A stretch of DNA of 64,000 nt from NCBI GenBank assembly GCA_032718475.1, contig JAUCBJ010006746.1, positions 19,682 to 83,681 of the forward strand, read 5' to 3'. Positions 11,111-23,300 of the stretch are shown here, one piece after another. A program made the position numbers and the translations under genes. The notes beneath the pieces were generated by a model. The model searched no databases, was not told where the DNA came from, and saw nothing but the letters and a program-made list of their open reading frames with translations. The stretch comes from Nemertoderma westbladi (taxonomy: Eukaryota > Animalia > Xenacoelomorpha). Positions within the stretch are counted from its first letter, which is position 1. Each line of letters opens with the position of its first letter.

Positions 11111-11969
11111 AGCTTAGGAAGCCAGTTCAGATTTATTGTTTTGGTTATTGCTGTTTGGCTTATAAATTCGAACAGTTAGCTCTCTGTTGAGATTTCGACA
11201 GAGAAAGGAGCGTGTGATTGACAGAGCCGTACATAGTTTGCAATAGTAAACGGTCGCGTCTATATAGTCCAACAGTAAAAGGTTTTGTTTGCTGTATCGT
11301 TCAACAGGAAGGGTTTGAAAAAGCTTCATATTCACTATAAAAACTTACGTTGATGGTAGCAAAACTATATATGGAGTAAAAGGCAATAAAATGGGCTTTC
11401 CATTTCTGTAGTCAAAATCTCAAAATACTCGTTTCTGATTGGCTGATGGCAAAAAAGTTAATTTTCATTGGTTAGTCGTCTAAAACACTACTCCTCATTC
11501 AATCTGTGGTGGAATTTGCTGAAATTTGCTGAGAACATTCATGAGGTACTGTATGTTGCCACAAAACTCTTTGACAAAATTTCAAATTTCACAAAAATTA
11601 AATTTTTAAGGCACTTTTCGTAATTCAAAATTTAGATAATTGAATTTTTTCATACATTATACTTATCATACATATGACTACATTTTTGGTTATAAAATGA
11701 TAACAAAGTCGAATTTCAAACTTCTGTCGAAGAGTTATATTCTTATTGATTTTATGATCAGAACAAAAAAAACAGAATCCAAATCCATTGAGAAATGGCG
11801 GTGGAGTAGCATTTTGAAAAATTTAGAAAATCCCAAAATCGAGAACATAATAAAGACCAGTAAAATGCATTTAAAGTTTTTAAACCTTCCCGCGCAAAAT
11901 TGTCTATCTGACTGTAATAATTTAAATGGTAATTTATGCCTCTTAATAACAATTAAAGAGGCAAACAGC

Positions 11970-12130
11970 TGGAATTTTCGCTTGGGGGTTTTTGAGGCAG
12001 GTGATTTCATTTCAGATAATAGTTTTCATGCTGTGGCAAAATCTAATCTGTCTGTCTGTGTCAATGTCCATCCGTCAATGGACAGACGTCGGCAGACAGA
12101 AAAACGATGGACAGATCGTCAGACAGACTT
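11970..12130. repeat. Degenerate segment related to the interior of the 3903-4526 MITE
   Basis: ttttcgcttgggggtttttgaggcaggtgatttcatttc matches the reverse complement of ~4030-4070 at about 29/41 positions. Both are followed by ctgtctgtctgt repeats. Confidence 0.4.
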
Positions 12131-12646
12131 AGTAATATTGACTTGGGAGTTTAGATTACCGAATTAAATTACAGTAAATGGGAATAAAACAAAAGTGTTA
12201 GCTGGATGGGCTGGATAGCTTTCTTAGACTTTGACGGACAAACTGATATTGCTTTATCAAATTTTGATTAGAAAGACCGAAAGACAGATATAAAATCAGC
12301 CCCCCCCCCCCCCCCCCCCCCCCTTAAATACAAGACGGGATTTATATTTCAACGTTTTTAGAATTTATAGCATCTCATTTTAAAATATTTTTAGTCCTTT
12401 AGATATTATTTAGATGCGAAAATTAACAACAAAATGAAACATGAGGAATAAAATTGAAAATTATAATTAAACTAATTACAGTAGAAAATAGTGAGAAGGG
12501 CAAGAGCTTACGGATTTAACATAAATTACAATGTAAACATGAGAATGTTTAATATATGAAATATATTGATTATGATTTATCTTTGATCGCTCCTATCGAT
12601 ATCAATATGGTAATTCGAAACAATTCGTCGTAAGATAGATATAGAC

Positions 12647-14401
12647 TTAGTAAGTATCTGGTTTTTTGAGAAACGATAATACGAGTTGGGCCACTAACAT
12701 CGCAGAGCAGACTACCCAAAAGAATATCTCAACCGATGTGAGTCCAATACATGTCTGTTCGTAAAGAGCCTCTTGGCCATTGATTTCTCTGTAAATAGAA
12801 ATCGTGTTAGCGGCGATGCCCCAGATGACGAGTAAAATGGCGAACCCATTGAGCCAGACAGTGGCCCTGATACTGCAGGTCGCGATGTCGCGATCACTAG
12901 CGACACCTCTCATCCCGAGGAGACCCGCCAACAACACGACCACGCCTACCCACACATCCGTACAATGGAACCAATATTTGCAATCGTACTCGATTCGAGC
13001 CGCACCAACACAAATAACGGCTATCGCCAATACCACGAGACCAAAACTGGTGATAGCGTAGCCGCTTCGGAACCTCCATAGGTTGTGGCGTTCCAGAGAT
13101 TCAACTGTATCGCTTGACTTCATAGCGGAAACGAATGTATTGGCTACGGCGATCTTCTTCACCGGTCGCCAAGATTTTGAATTTTTCGAGGGAGAAGAGA
13201 GCAGCCATCTGTTGCGCTTTTCTTTGTCGGGGTTACAGAATGTTTTTATTCCGGCGAGACTTATCTGTAGGAATGACACGATGATCTCCAGAATGCATAC
13301 CATGATGAATACGATGCTGATTGGTCGACATTTGTTGGCGGATAGTGCGATCCATTCATCAGTGCCCCAAACCCAGGACAAAGATATTGAGCCGTCAATG
13401 AGGCCCCAACTCGAAAGAGCAATTGTGATGCAGCCGTTAATGACCGTTATGGCGAGCGCGTGTTCCGAGAACACGCTGTCTACGTGACTACCATACAGCC
13501 CGAAGATAGATGATAAAAGAATGAAAAATGAAAGAAAAATCCCGGTGTTAATCCAACCCAAAGGGCACTGCTGATCTAATCGAATGGCGCCGACAAGTAG
13601 AAATATTAGAGCCAAAACGAGCTGCACGGTAGCCAGCATCGAGTTGCCATCTTTATGTTTCCATGGTTTCTGAAAGGTTGCCATGACCGCGAGACTGGCC
13701 CTGCGAAGACTCTTTCTCATCGACATTTTCCTCCCAGACTCTCCGTTTTCGACAATAGAGACTCGTTTTGATTGCGCGGCTGCCGGTCTCGGGTCCGTTT
13801 TCGCCATCCTCGGCTCGTCCGGGTCGCTCTCCTCAGCGTCGCGCTTTTTATTTGATTCCCGAATCTCTCCCAACACGGAATCCCGGTTATACAGCGGTAC
13901 GTCCGGGATGCTGCTCCTACCCTCCGCCGCCCTCCTACTGGCCCTCAATGCCTCCTCTCTTCGGATGTTCTCCTGTTCCCTCCACTCCTCGTCTTGCTTC
14001 CGAAGTGACGCCATCTTACGTTCGTACTCCTCGCGTTCCTTCCTCTCCTCCCATTCGCGGCGCTTCTTTTCCAGTTCCTCTTCCTGGTAGAATTGAGTAG
14101 ACATCTTCTGAGCTTCCACATCATTACTTGCCTTCTCCACCGACTCATTATCGACTCGTCCCTTCGACTTGTGCTTCTTCTTATGTCGTCGTTTCTTTTT
14201 GTGTCTTTTTTCCCGATTTTCCCGCTCCCGGCTTTCTCCGCCCTCCACCTTATCTCGCTTGCGTCTCCGATGTCGTTTGCGTCGTTTCGCATCGCTACTA
14301 CTACTACTGCTGCTGCTACTGCTGCTGCTACTGGAACTGGATCGCTTCCTGCGACGATGTTTCCGTTTTATTTTAACTTCATTTTCCGCCTCTTCTTTCA
14401 T
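12647..14401 (-). CDS. 584-aa membrane protein: basic/poly-Ser and coiled-coil N-terminus plus two tandem MS4A/CD20-like four-helix units
   Basis: The ORF is intact and GC-richer than its flanks. There are two clusters of four hydrophobic segments (LATVQLVLALIFLLVG...CILEIIVSF; FGLVVLAIAVICVG...DVWVGVVVLLAGLLG...SVEIFFWVV). An acceptor-like ttccaacag sits 5 nt before the ATG. The family assignment is by motif resemblance. Confidence 0.75.
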   Translation of the reverse strand: MKEEAENEVKIKRKHRRRKRSSSSSSSSSSSSSSSSDAKRRKRHRRRKRDKVEGGESRERENREKRHKKKRRHKKKHKSKGRVDNESVEKASNDVEAQKMSTQFYQEEELEKKRREWEERKEREEYERKMASLRKQDEEWREQENIRREEALRASRRAAEGRSSIPDVPLYNRDSVLGEIRESNKKRDAEESDPDEPRMAKTDPRPAAAQSKRVSIVENGESGRKMSMRKSLRRASLAVMATFQKPWKHKDGNSMLATVQLVLALIFLLVGAIRLDQQCPLGWINTGIFLSFFILLSSIFGLYGSHVDSVFSEHALAITVINGCITIALSSWGLIDGSISLSWVWGTDEWIALSANKCRPISIVFIMVCILEIIVSFLQISLAGIKTFCNPDKEKRNRWLLSSPSKNSKSWRPVKKIAVANTFVSAMKSSDTVESLERHNLWRFRSGYAITSFGLVVLAIAVICVGAARIEYDCKYWFHCTDVWVGVVVLLAGLLGMRGVASDRDIATCSIRATVWLNGFAILLVIWGIAANTISIYREINGQEALYEQTCIGLTSVEIFFWVVCSAMLVAQLVLSFLKKPDTY

Positions 14402-14554
14402 TATAACTGTTGGAATTTAAACACGTCACTCGGCATATAAATTTAAATTGTTACGGTACCTAGTATTAACTAATTATAGTATATTATTATATGAATTATA
14501 TAAAAAATCCTCCCTTTATTTATATGAAATGATAATTATTTGTGTAAGATTATT

Positions 14555-14870
14555 TATATTATACTGAATGGGAGAATCTTTTAGGCTCATTAAGCCAAGG
14601 AATGTCTTTTCACCATCGTGGGTGATATTCCTAAACCCTTCCACTTTGTTTCCAAGTAATATAATAATATGAAACCACTCATTCACCCATAACACCAATA
14701 CCAAGTTGCCTTCGTTCCCATTTATCGACCAGTCAAGGGTGAATGCCTGGGTTGGGCTAGGCTGCAGCATTTAAAGCACTGTGCCCAAACAGTGCTGCCC
14801 AATCCAGGGATCGAACCAGGGCCTTAATGGATTGGAAGGCCCTTAATGTCACCACCACTAGACCAAGCTA
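14555..14870 (-). mobile_element. tRNA(Gly)-derived SINE with a Nin/Deu-type central domain
   Basis: A box TGGTCTAGTGG (14865-14855), gccttccaa anticodon-arm remnant and B box GGTTCGATCCC (14817-14807). These are followed by cccaacccaggcattcaccct..ggtcgataaatggg, resembling the Nin domain. The 3' end is approximate. Confidence 0.75.
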
Positions 14871-15721
14871 GTTTTATTATATTTATGATTTAAATTATAA
14901 TAGTTATTTACTTATGACTATCAGCAACCACATTATGTGTTAGTAATAATTTAATATTAATTTCAAATCTGGGATGTGATAGATCATTATAGATAGATGT
15001 ATATATATAGATTATTTATATATATGTCATTCTATTGTAAGGAAACACTCCTCAACTTCCAGTATATGTATCCTGAAGATGATACTGCGGTTTTTAGTTT
15101 CACATAATCTACATGATTCTGTAATCGACATCGTCATAATTAATAAAATGAAATCTCAAATTTGTAATATATTCATACCAATTATAGTTGTTCAAAAATT
15201 GTTATAATTTCTACCTATAGCTAATCTAGTCCCACTTTACACGATTACATATTGGACTTGGCCTACATAACCATCGTAAATCTGTAAAATGACATAAAAC
15301 CTAATCATAAAGAATCAATAAATCATGTTTGTTATATTAGTTATAACTTTCATATTAGTTGAGGGATTGTATCAACGGTAGGCCTACACACATCCTAGCA
15401 ACGGGAATAATTAATTAAACTCCTTGCCAAAAGTAACCCCATACAGTTTACATAGTTAAAGACCATATGACTGATGAACCATAATCTTTACGAATAAATT
15501 GAACCTAATTATTTTATAAAGTATAAAGCGTAAATTACATTACGATGGGGCCAGATTTTCGAACCATAGAGTGTTAACTAAATGTGTTTTGGGGCAGAAA
15601 AGATATTAGTGACGTGACATTATAGCTAATGTAAATTATCAGAATTGATACATAATGACCTCCCATATTATCACATAAGTATTTTAACTTCCATTGTCTT
15701 TAATTTGAATATTTTAGAAGT

Positions 15722-15982
15722 TATATTATACGCTAGTATCGGTGCCACTCATAAAGGAAGCACTACACGTGCGACTCGAAGTGCTCCAACAGTCTGTCCA
15801 CTACTTCTAGTGAAGGTATCACGCATTGGTAACTATTAGTTAGGCGATAGGAGCACTTGTCCAAATAACATTCCACATTACATAAATATATAACTTTCGT
15901 TTGGCACCGCTTTACAAAGTCGGCAATGACGTCCAGGTGGGATCGAACTGGTGCCCTCCAGGTTGAAAGTCTGATGCTCTAC
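15722..15982 (-). mobile_element. tRNA(Lys)-derived SINE, 5' end eroded
   Basis: gtagagcatcagactttcaacctggagggcaccagttcgatccc resembles the tRNA-Lys(TTT) D-, anticodon- and T-arm sequence. There is no acceptor stem, and a non-tRNA body follows. Confidence 0.65.
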
Positions 15983-17251
15983 AATTCTTACAAATTATAA
16001 AAACATTACATAATAGAACTCTGAATAAATGGCGGTATTGCTGGAGATAAGTTTATTTTTTGGTAAGATATTAAATAGTTAAAGGGAATGAACAAAGAAT
16101 TGTTAACATTTCAAAGAATATAAAAACATTGACGGTGTATCAGTAACCACGACTGAAGAGTATTATATTATTTATAAAAAGGTGAATGAATAATGTATCA
16201 CATAATATTTAGATTTGGAGTATAAAATGAATTCTACCTAACTGTCTAATAAAATAAGAAAGAAATAGTCGATCCATTCTAGGTCTAAAAGTATTGTGTC
16301 TAGGTTAAACTGTGTTTATTTTTTAGCTTCGTGATGAGGATGTACTATCGAATACATAACGAAATAATGTCAAAAAAAAATAATAAATTAACAATAAAAA
16401 TTCATATAAATGTTTTTAATTTATTTTTCAGCAGTAAATCAATACTTCATATGTACAGTTATCATTGTTATCAGTTATCATTTTACTGTAAAATTCACTC
16501 GAGGATAAAGAAAACACAAAATATTACACAAATGAACTATAAGAACATGCACCATAAGGTCTTACTAAGAGAAGAACATTGAAGACTGCGGCACTGCGCG
16601 TTATCGAAAAAACAAACACTAATAAAAGGATAAATTATGTTATTATTAAATAAGATTAATTTATATAAATAAAAAAAGTAATGCAGTTGTATATATTCTA
16701 ATAAACTAAATCAATGATAAATCGATTGTGTAAAAAAATGAAATAAATATTTAAAGCAAATTAAGTCAACATTGGTTGACAATTGGTTGTCAATGGTAGC
16801 ACGTTTCTAAAATATAAAACAAAAAGCGTAGGCCTTGGTTGTAACATAAAGTAAGATTGCAGAGACGACCTCCAATATCGCTTATTAATAGGCCCAGAGC
16901 TATAAAAATCTATATGGCCCTGAAACTTTCAATCCGCCGGGTTTAGCACTGTCCGCAAGGGAAGTAAAGCCACTCCACTCGGACAATTTACACAACATGA
17001 TGTAAATAATTAATCTGTATTGAGAATCAATGTCTGGCACAAAGAGTCCAAAGCATAATACGAAGCCGTAACACCGTAACAACAATGAGAGAACTAATAG
17101 ATGTTCGATTTGTTTTGAGTATAACTGGCCAGAAATACACCTAAGACATTATTCACAGAGTCAATGACCTCTAGGACAGTGATCCGGGACATCTTGACCT
17201 CGCAAATTAAAATAATATTTATAGTCAGTGACCTTTAGGACATTGCCCTGG

Positions 17252-17393
17252 CTACCTTTTCACCCCACCAATGAGCACTTTGCTGATAAAGTTTACTATC
17301 GCCGTAGAGGGCTGTTCGCTATCCATCTCCGCGAATACGTGGCACTCATTCACCGTAAACGACCCGAATTTACGAGCAACGAAACCAAAAATT
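17252..17393 (-). CDS. TNS: Tensin terminal coding exon (PTB domain C-terminus)
   Basis: Acceptor ttttttttcag|A. It encodes (K)[46 protein letters not shown], matching the tensin C-terminus (LFGFVARK...CHLFAE.D..QPASAIVNF.SKV). Its phase fits the exon ending at 56025. The exon is missing from the ORF track. Confidence 0.95.
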
Positions 17394-20300
17394 CTGAAAA
17401 AAAAATAAGAAAAATCGCATTAATTGATGAGAAAACTATAAACTGAGCTATCTGGGTCACCCAAACTCATCCTAAACTCTTTGTTTTCGTTGTAAAATAT
17501 TGGCAACGTAACATTGCCAAACCCAGTGCCTCCCTGCCTTAACAACGCTCTCTGTATCATCCTATTGTTACTTACTTAGCCTCCCTAACAACGCTGCCTG
17601 TAGCATCCTATTGTTACTTACTTAGCCTCCCTAACAGCGCTCCATGTAGCATCCTATTGTTACTTACTTAGCCTCCCTAACAACGCTCCATGTAGCATCC
17701 TATTGTTACTTACTTAGCCTCCCTAACAACGCTCCATGTAGCATCCCATTGTTACTTACTTAGCCTCCCTAACAACGCTCCATGTAGCATCCCATTGTTA
17801 CTTACTTAGCATCCCTAACAACGCTCTATGTAGCATCTTATTGTTACTTACTTAGCCTCCCTAACAACGCTCTCTGTAGCATCCTATTGTTACTTACTTA
17901 GCCTCCCTAACAACGCTCACTGTAGCATCCTATTGTTACTTACTTAGCCTCCCTAACAACGCTCTCTGTAGCATCCTATTGTTACTTACTTAGCCTCCCT
18001 AACAACGCTCCATGTAGCATCATATTGTTACTTACTTAGCCTCCCTAACAACGCTCCATGTAGCATCCTATTGTTACTTACTTAGCCTCCCTAACAACGC
18101 TCTCTGTAGCATCCTATTGTTACTTACTTAGCCTCCCTAACAACGCTCTCTGTATCATCCTATTGTTACTTACTTAGCCTCCCTAACAACGCTCCATGTA
18201 GCATCATATTGTTACTTACTTAGCCTCCCTAACAACGCTCCATGTAGCATCCTATTGTTACTTACTTAGCCTCCCTAACAACGCTCCCTGTAGCATCCTA
18301 TTGTTACTTACTTAGCCTCCCTAACAATGCTCCATGTAGCATCCTATTGTTACTTACTTAGCCTCCCTAACAACGCTCTCTGTATCATCCTATTGTTACT
18401 TACTTAGCCTCCCTAACAACGCTCCATGTAGCATCATATTGTTACTTACTTAGCCTCCCTAACAACGCTCCATGTAGCATCCTATTGTTACATACTTAGC
18501 CTCCCTAACAACGCTCCCTGTAGCATCCTATTGTTACTTACTTAGCCTCCCTAACAATGCTCCATGTAGCATCCTATTGTTACTTACTTAGCCTCCCTAA
18601 CAACGCTCCATGTAGCATCCTATTGTTACTTACTTAGCCTCCCTAACAACGCTCCCTGTAGCATCCTATTGTTACTTACTTAGCCTCCCTAACAACGCTC
18701 CCTGTAGCATCCTATTGTTACTTACTTAGCCTCCCTAACAACGCTCTCTGTAGCATCCTAATGTTACTTACTTAGCCTCCCTAACAACGCTCTCTGTAGC
18801 ATCCTAATGTTACTTACTTAGCCTCCCTAACAACGCTCCATGTAGCATCCTATTGTTACTTACTTAGCCTCCCTAACAACGCTCCATGTATCATCCTATT
18901 GTTACTTACTTAGCCTCCCTAACAACGCTCCATGTAGCATCCTATTGTTACTTACTTAGCCTCCCTAACAACGCTCCATGTAGCATCCCATTGTTACTTA
19001 CTTAGCCTCCCTAACAACGCTCCATGTAGCATCCTATTGTTACTTACTTAGCCTCCCTAACAACGCTCTCTGTAGCATCCTATTGTTACTTACTTAGCCT
19101 CCCTAACAACGCTCTCTGTATCATCCTATTGTTACTTACTTAGCCTCCCTAACAACGCTCCATGTAGCATCATATTGTTACTTACTTAGCCTCCCTAACA
19201 ACGCTCCATGTAGCATCCTATTGTTACTTACTTAGCCTCCCTAACAACGCTCCCTGTAGCATCCTATTGTTACTTACTTAGCCTCCCTAACAATGCTCCA
19301 TGTAGCATCCTATTGTTACTTACTTAGCCTCCCTAACAACGCTCTCTGTATCATCCTATTGTTACTTACTTAGCCTCCCTAACAACGCTCCATGTAGCAT
19401 CATATTGTTACTTACTTAGCCTCCCTAACAACGCTCCATGTAGCATCCTATTGTTACTTACTTAGCCTCCCTAACAACGCTCCCTGTAGCATCCTATTGT
19501 TACTTACTTAGCCTCCCTAACAATGCTCCATGTAGCATCCTATTGTTACTTACTTAGCCTCCCTAACAACGCTCCATGTAGCATCCTATTGTTACTTACT
19601 TAGCCTCCCTAACAACGCTCCCTGTAGCATCCTATTGTTACTTACTTAGCCTCCCTAACAACGCTCTCTGTAGCATCCTAATGTTACTTACTTAGCCTCC
19701 CTAACAACGCTCCATGTAGCATCCTATTGTTACTTACTTAGCCTCCCTAACAACGCTCCATGTAGCATCCTATTGTTACTTACTTAGCCTCCTTAACAAC
19801 GCTCCCTGTAGCATCCTATTGTTACTTACTTAGCCTCCCTAACAACGCTCCATGTAGCATCCTATTGTTACTTACTTAGCATCCCTAACAACGCTCTCTG
19901 TATCATCCTATTGTTACTTACTTAGCCTCCCTAACAACGCTCCCTGTAGCATCCTATTGTTACTTACTTAGCCTCCCTAACAACGCTCTCTGTAGCATCC
20001 TAATGTTACTTACTTAGCCTCCCTAACAACGCTCCATGTAGCATCCTATTGTTACTTACTTAGCCTCCCTAACAACGCTCCATGTAGCATCCTATTGTTA
20101 CTTACTTAGCCTCCTTAACAACGCTCCCTGTAGCATCCTATTGTTACTTACTTAGCCTCCCTAACAACGCTCCATGTAGCATCCTATTGTTACTTACTTA
20201 GCATCCCTAACAACGCTCTCTGTATCATCCTATTGTTACTTACTTAGCCTCCCTAACAACGCTCCCTGTAGCATCCTATTGTTACTTACTTAGCCTCCCT

Positions 20301-23300
20301 AACAACGCTCTCTGTAGCATCCTAATGTTACTTACTTAGCCTCCCTAACAACGCTCCATGTAGCATCCTATTGTTACTTACTTAGCCTCCCTAACAACGC
20401 TCCATGTAGCATCCTATTGTTACTTACTTAGCCTCCCTAACAACGCTCCATGTAGCATCCTATTGTTACTTACTTAGCCTCCCTAACAACGCTCTCTGTA
20501 TCATCCTATTGTTACTTACTTAGCCTCCTTAACAACGCTCCATGTAGCATCCTATTGTTACTTACTTAACCTCCCTAACAACGCTCCATGTAGCATCCTA
20601 TTGTTACTTACTTAGCCTCCCTAACAACGCTCTATGTAGCATCCTATTGTTACTTACTTAGCCTCCCTAACAACGCTCCATGTAGCATCCTATTGTTACT
20701 TACTTAGCCTCCCTAACAACGCTCTATGTAGCATCCTATTGTTACTTACTTAGCCTCCCTAACAACGCTCCATGTAGCATCCTATTGTTACTTACTTAGC
20801 CTCTCTAACAACGCTCCATGTAGCATCCTATTGTTACTTACTTAGCATCCCTAACAACGCTCTATGTAGCATCTTATTGTTACTTACTTAGCCTCCCTAA
20901 CAACGCTCCATGTAGCATCCCATTGTTACTTACTTAGCCTCCCTAACAACGCTCCATGTAGCATCCTATTGTTACTTACTTAGCCTCCCTAACAACGCTC
21001 ACTGTAGCATCCTATTGTTACTTACTTAGCCTCCCTAACAACGCTCCATGTAACATCCTATTGTTACTTACTTAGCCTCCCTAACAACGCTCCATGTAGC
21101 AGCCTATTGTTACTTACTTAGCCTCCCTAACAACGCTCTCTTTATCATCCTATTGTTACTTACTTAGCCTCCCTAACAACGCTATCTATAGCATCCTATT
21201 GTTACTTACTTAGCCTCCCTAACAACGCTCCATGTAGCATCCTATTGTTACTTACTTAGCCTCCCTAACAACGCTCTCTTTATCATCCTATTGTTACTTA
21301 CTTAGCCTCCCTAACAACGCTCTCTGTATCATCCTATTGTTACTTACTTAGCCTCCCTAACAACGCTCCATGTAGCATCCTATTGTTACTTACTTAGCCT
21401 CCCTAACAACGCTCACTGTAGCATCCTATTGTTACTTACTTAGCCTCCCTCACAACGCTCTCTGTAACATCCTATTGTTACTTACTTAGCCTCCCTAACA
21501 ACGCTCTCTGTAGCATCCTATTGTTACTTACTTAGCCTCCCTAACAACGCTCCATGTAGCATCCTATTGTTACTTACTTAGCCTCCCTAACAACGCTATC
21601 TATAGCATCCTATTGTTACTTACTTAGCCTCCCTAACAACGCTCCATGTAGCATCCTATTGTTACTTACTTAGCCTCCCTCACAACGCTCCATGTAGCAT
21701 CCTATTGTTACTTACTTAGCCTCCCTAACAACGCTCTCTGTATCATCCTATTGTTACTTACTTAGCCTCCCTAACAACGCTATCTATAGCATCCTATTGT
21801 TACTTACTTAGCCTCCCTAACAACGCTCCATGTAGCATCCTATTGTTACTTACTTAGCCTCCCTCACAACGCTCTCTGTATCATCCTATTGTTACTTACT
21901 TAGCCTCCCAAACAACGCTCTCTTTATCATCCTATTGTTACTTACTTAGCCTCCCTAACAACGCTCTCTGTATCATCCTATTGTTACTTACTTAGCCTCC
22001 CTCACAACGCTCTCTGTAACATCCTATTGTTACTTACTTAGCCTCCCTAACAACGCTCTCTGTAGCATCCTATTGTTACTTACTTAGCCTCCCTAACAAC
22101 GCTCCATGTAGCATCCTATTGTTACTTACTTAGCCTCCCTAACAACGCTATCTATAGCATCCTATTGTTACTTACTTAGCCTCCCTAACAACGCTCCATG
22201 TAGCATCCTATTGTTACTTACTTAGCCTCCCTAACAACGCTCTCTGTATCATCCTATTGTTACTTACTTAGCCTCCCTAACAACGCTCCATGTAGCATCC
22301 TATTGTTACTTACTTAGCCTCCCTAACAACGCTCTCTGTATCATCCTATTGTTACTTACTTAGCCTCCCTAACAACGCCCCATGTAGCATCCTATTGTTA
22401 CTTACTTAGCCTCCCTAACAACGCTCTCTGTAACATCCTATTGTTACTTACTTAGCCTCCCTAACAACGCTCTCTGTAGCATCCTATTGTTACTTACTTA
22501 GCCTCCCTAACAACGCTCCATGTAGCATCCTATTGTTACTTACTTAGCCTCCCTCACAACGCTCTCTGTAACATCCTATTGTTACTTACTTATCCTCCCT
22601 AACAACGCTCTCTGTAGCATCCTATTGTTACTTACTTAGCCTCCCTAACAACGCTCCATGTAGCATCCTATTGTTACTTACTTAGCCTCCCTAACAACGC
22701 TATCTGTAGCATCCTATTGTTACTTACTTAGCCTCCCTAACAACGCTCCATGTAGCATCCTATTGTTACTTACTTAGCCTCCCTAACAACGCTCCATGTA
22801 GCATCCTATTGTTACTTATTTAGCCTCCCTAACAACGCTCCATGTAGCATCCTATTGTTACTTACTTAACCTCCCTAACAACGCTCCATGTAGCATCCTA
22901 TTGTTACTTACTTAGCCTCCCTAACAACGCTCCCTGTAACATCCTATTGTTACTTACTTAGCCTCCCTAACAACGCTCTCTGTATCATCCTATTGTTACT
23001 TATTTAGCCTCCCTAACAACGCTCCATGTAGCATCCTATTGTTACTTACTTAGCATCCCTAACAACGCTCCATGTAGCATCCTATTGTTACTTATTTAGC
23101 ATCCCTAACAACGCTCTATGTAGCATCTTATTGTTACTTACTTAGCCTCCCTAACAACGCTCCATGTAGCATCCTATTGTTACTTACTTAGCATCCCTAA
23201 CAACGCTCTATGTAGCATCTTATTGTTACTTACTTAGCCTCCCTAACAACGCTCCATGTAGCATCCTATTGTTACTTACTTAGCATCCCTAACAACGCTC

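Noticed and set aside
15925-15982. Functional tRNA-Lys gene (likewise tRNA-Gly at ~14795-14870)
   Set aside because: Acceptor stems are missing, the arms are degenerate and SINE-like bodies follow.
16900-17085. ORF containing CYGFV as a candidate tensin last exon
   Set aside because: It has no AG acceptor and no further PTB similarity. The true exon is 17393-17252, and this stretch is probably 3' UTR.
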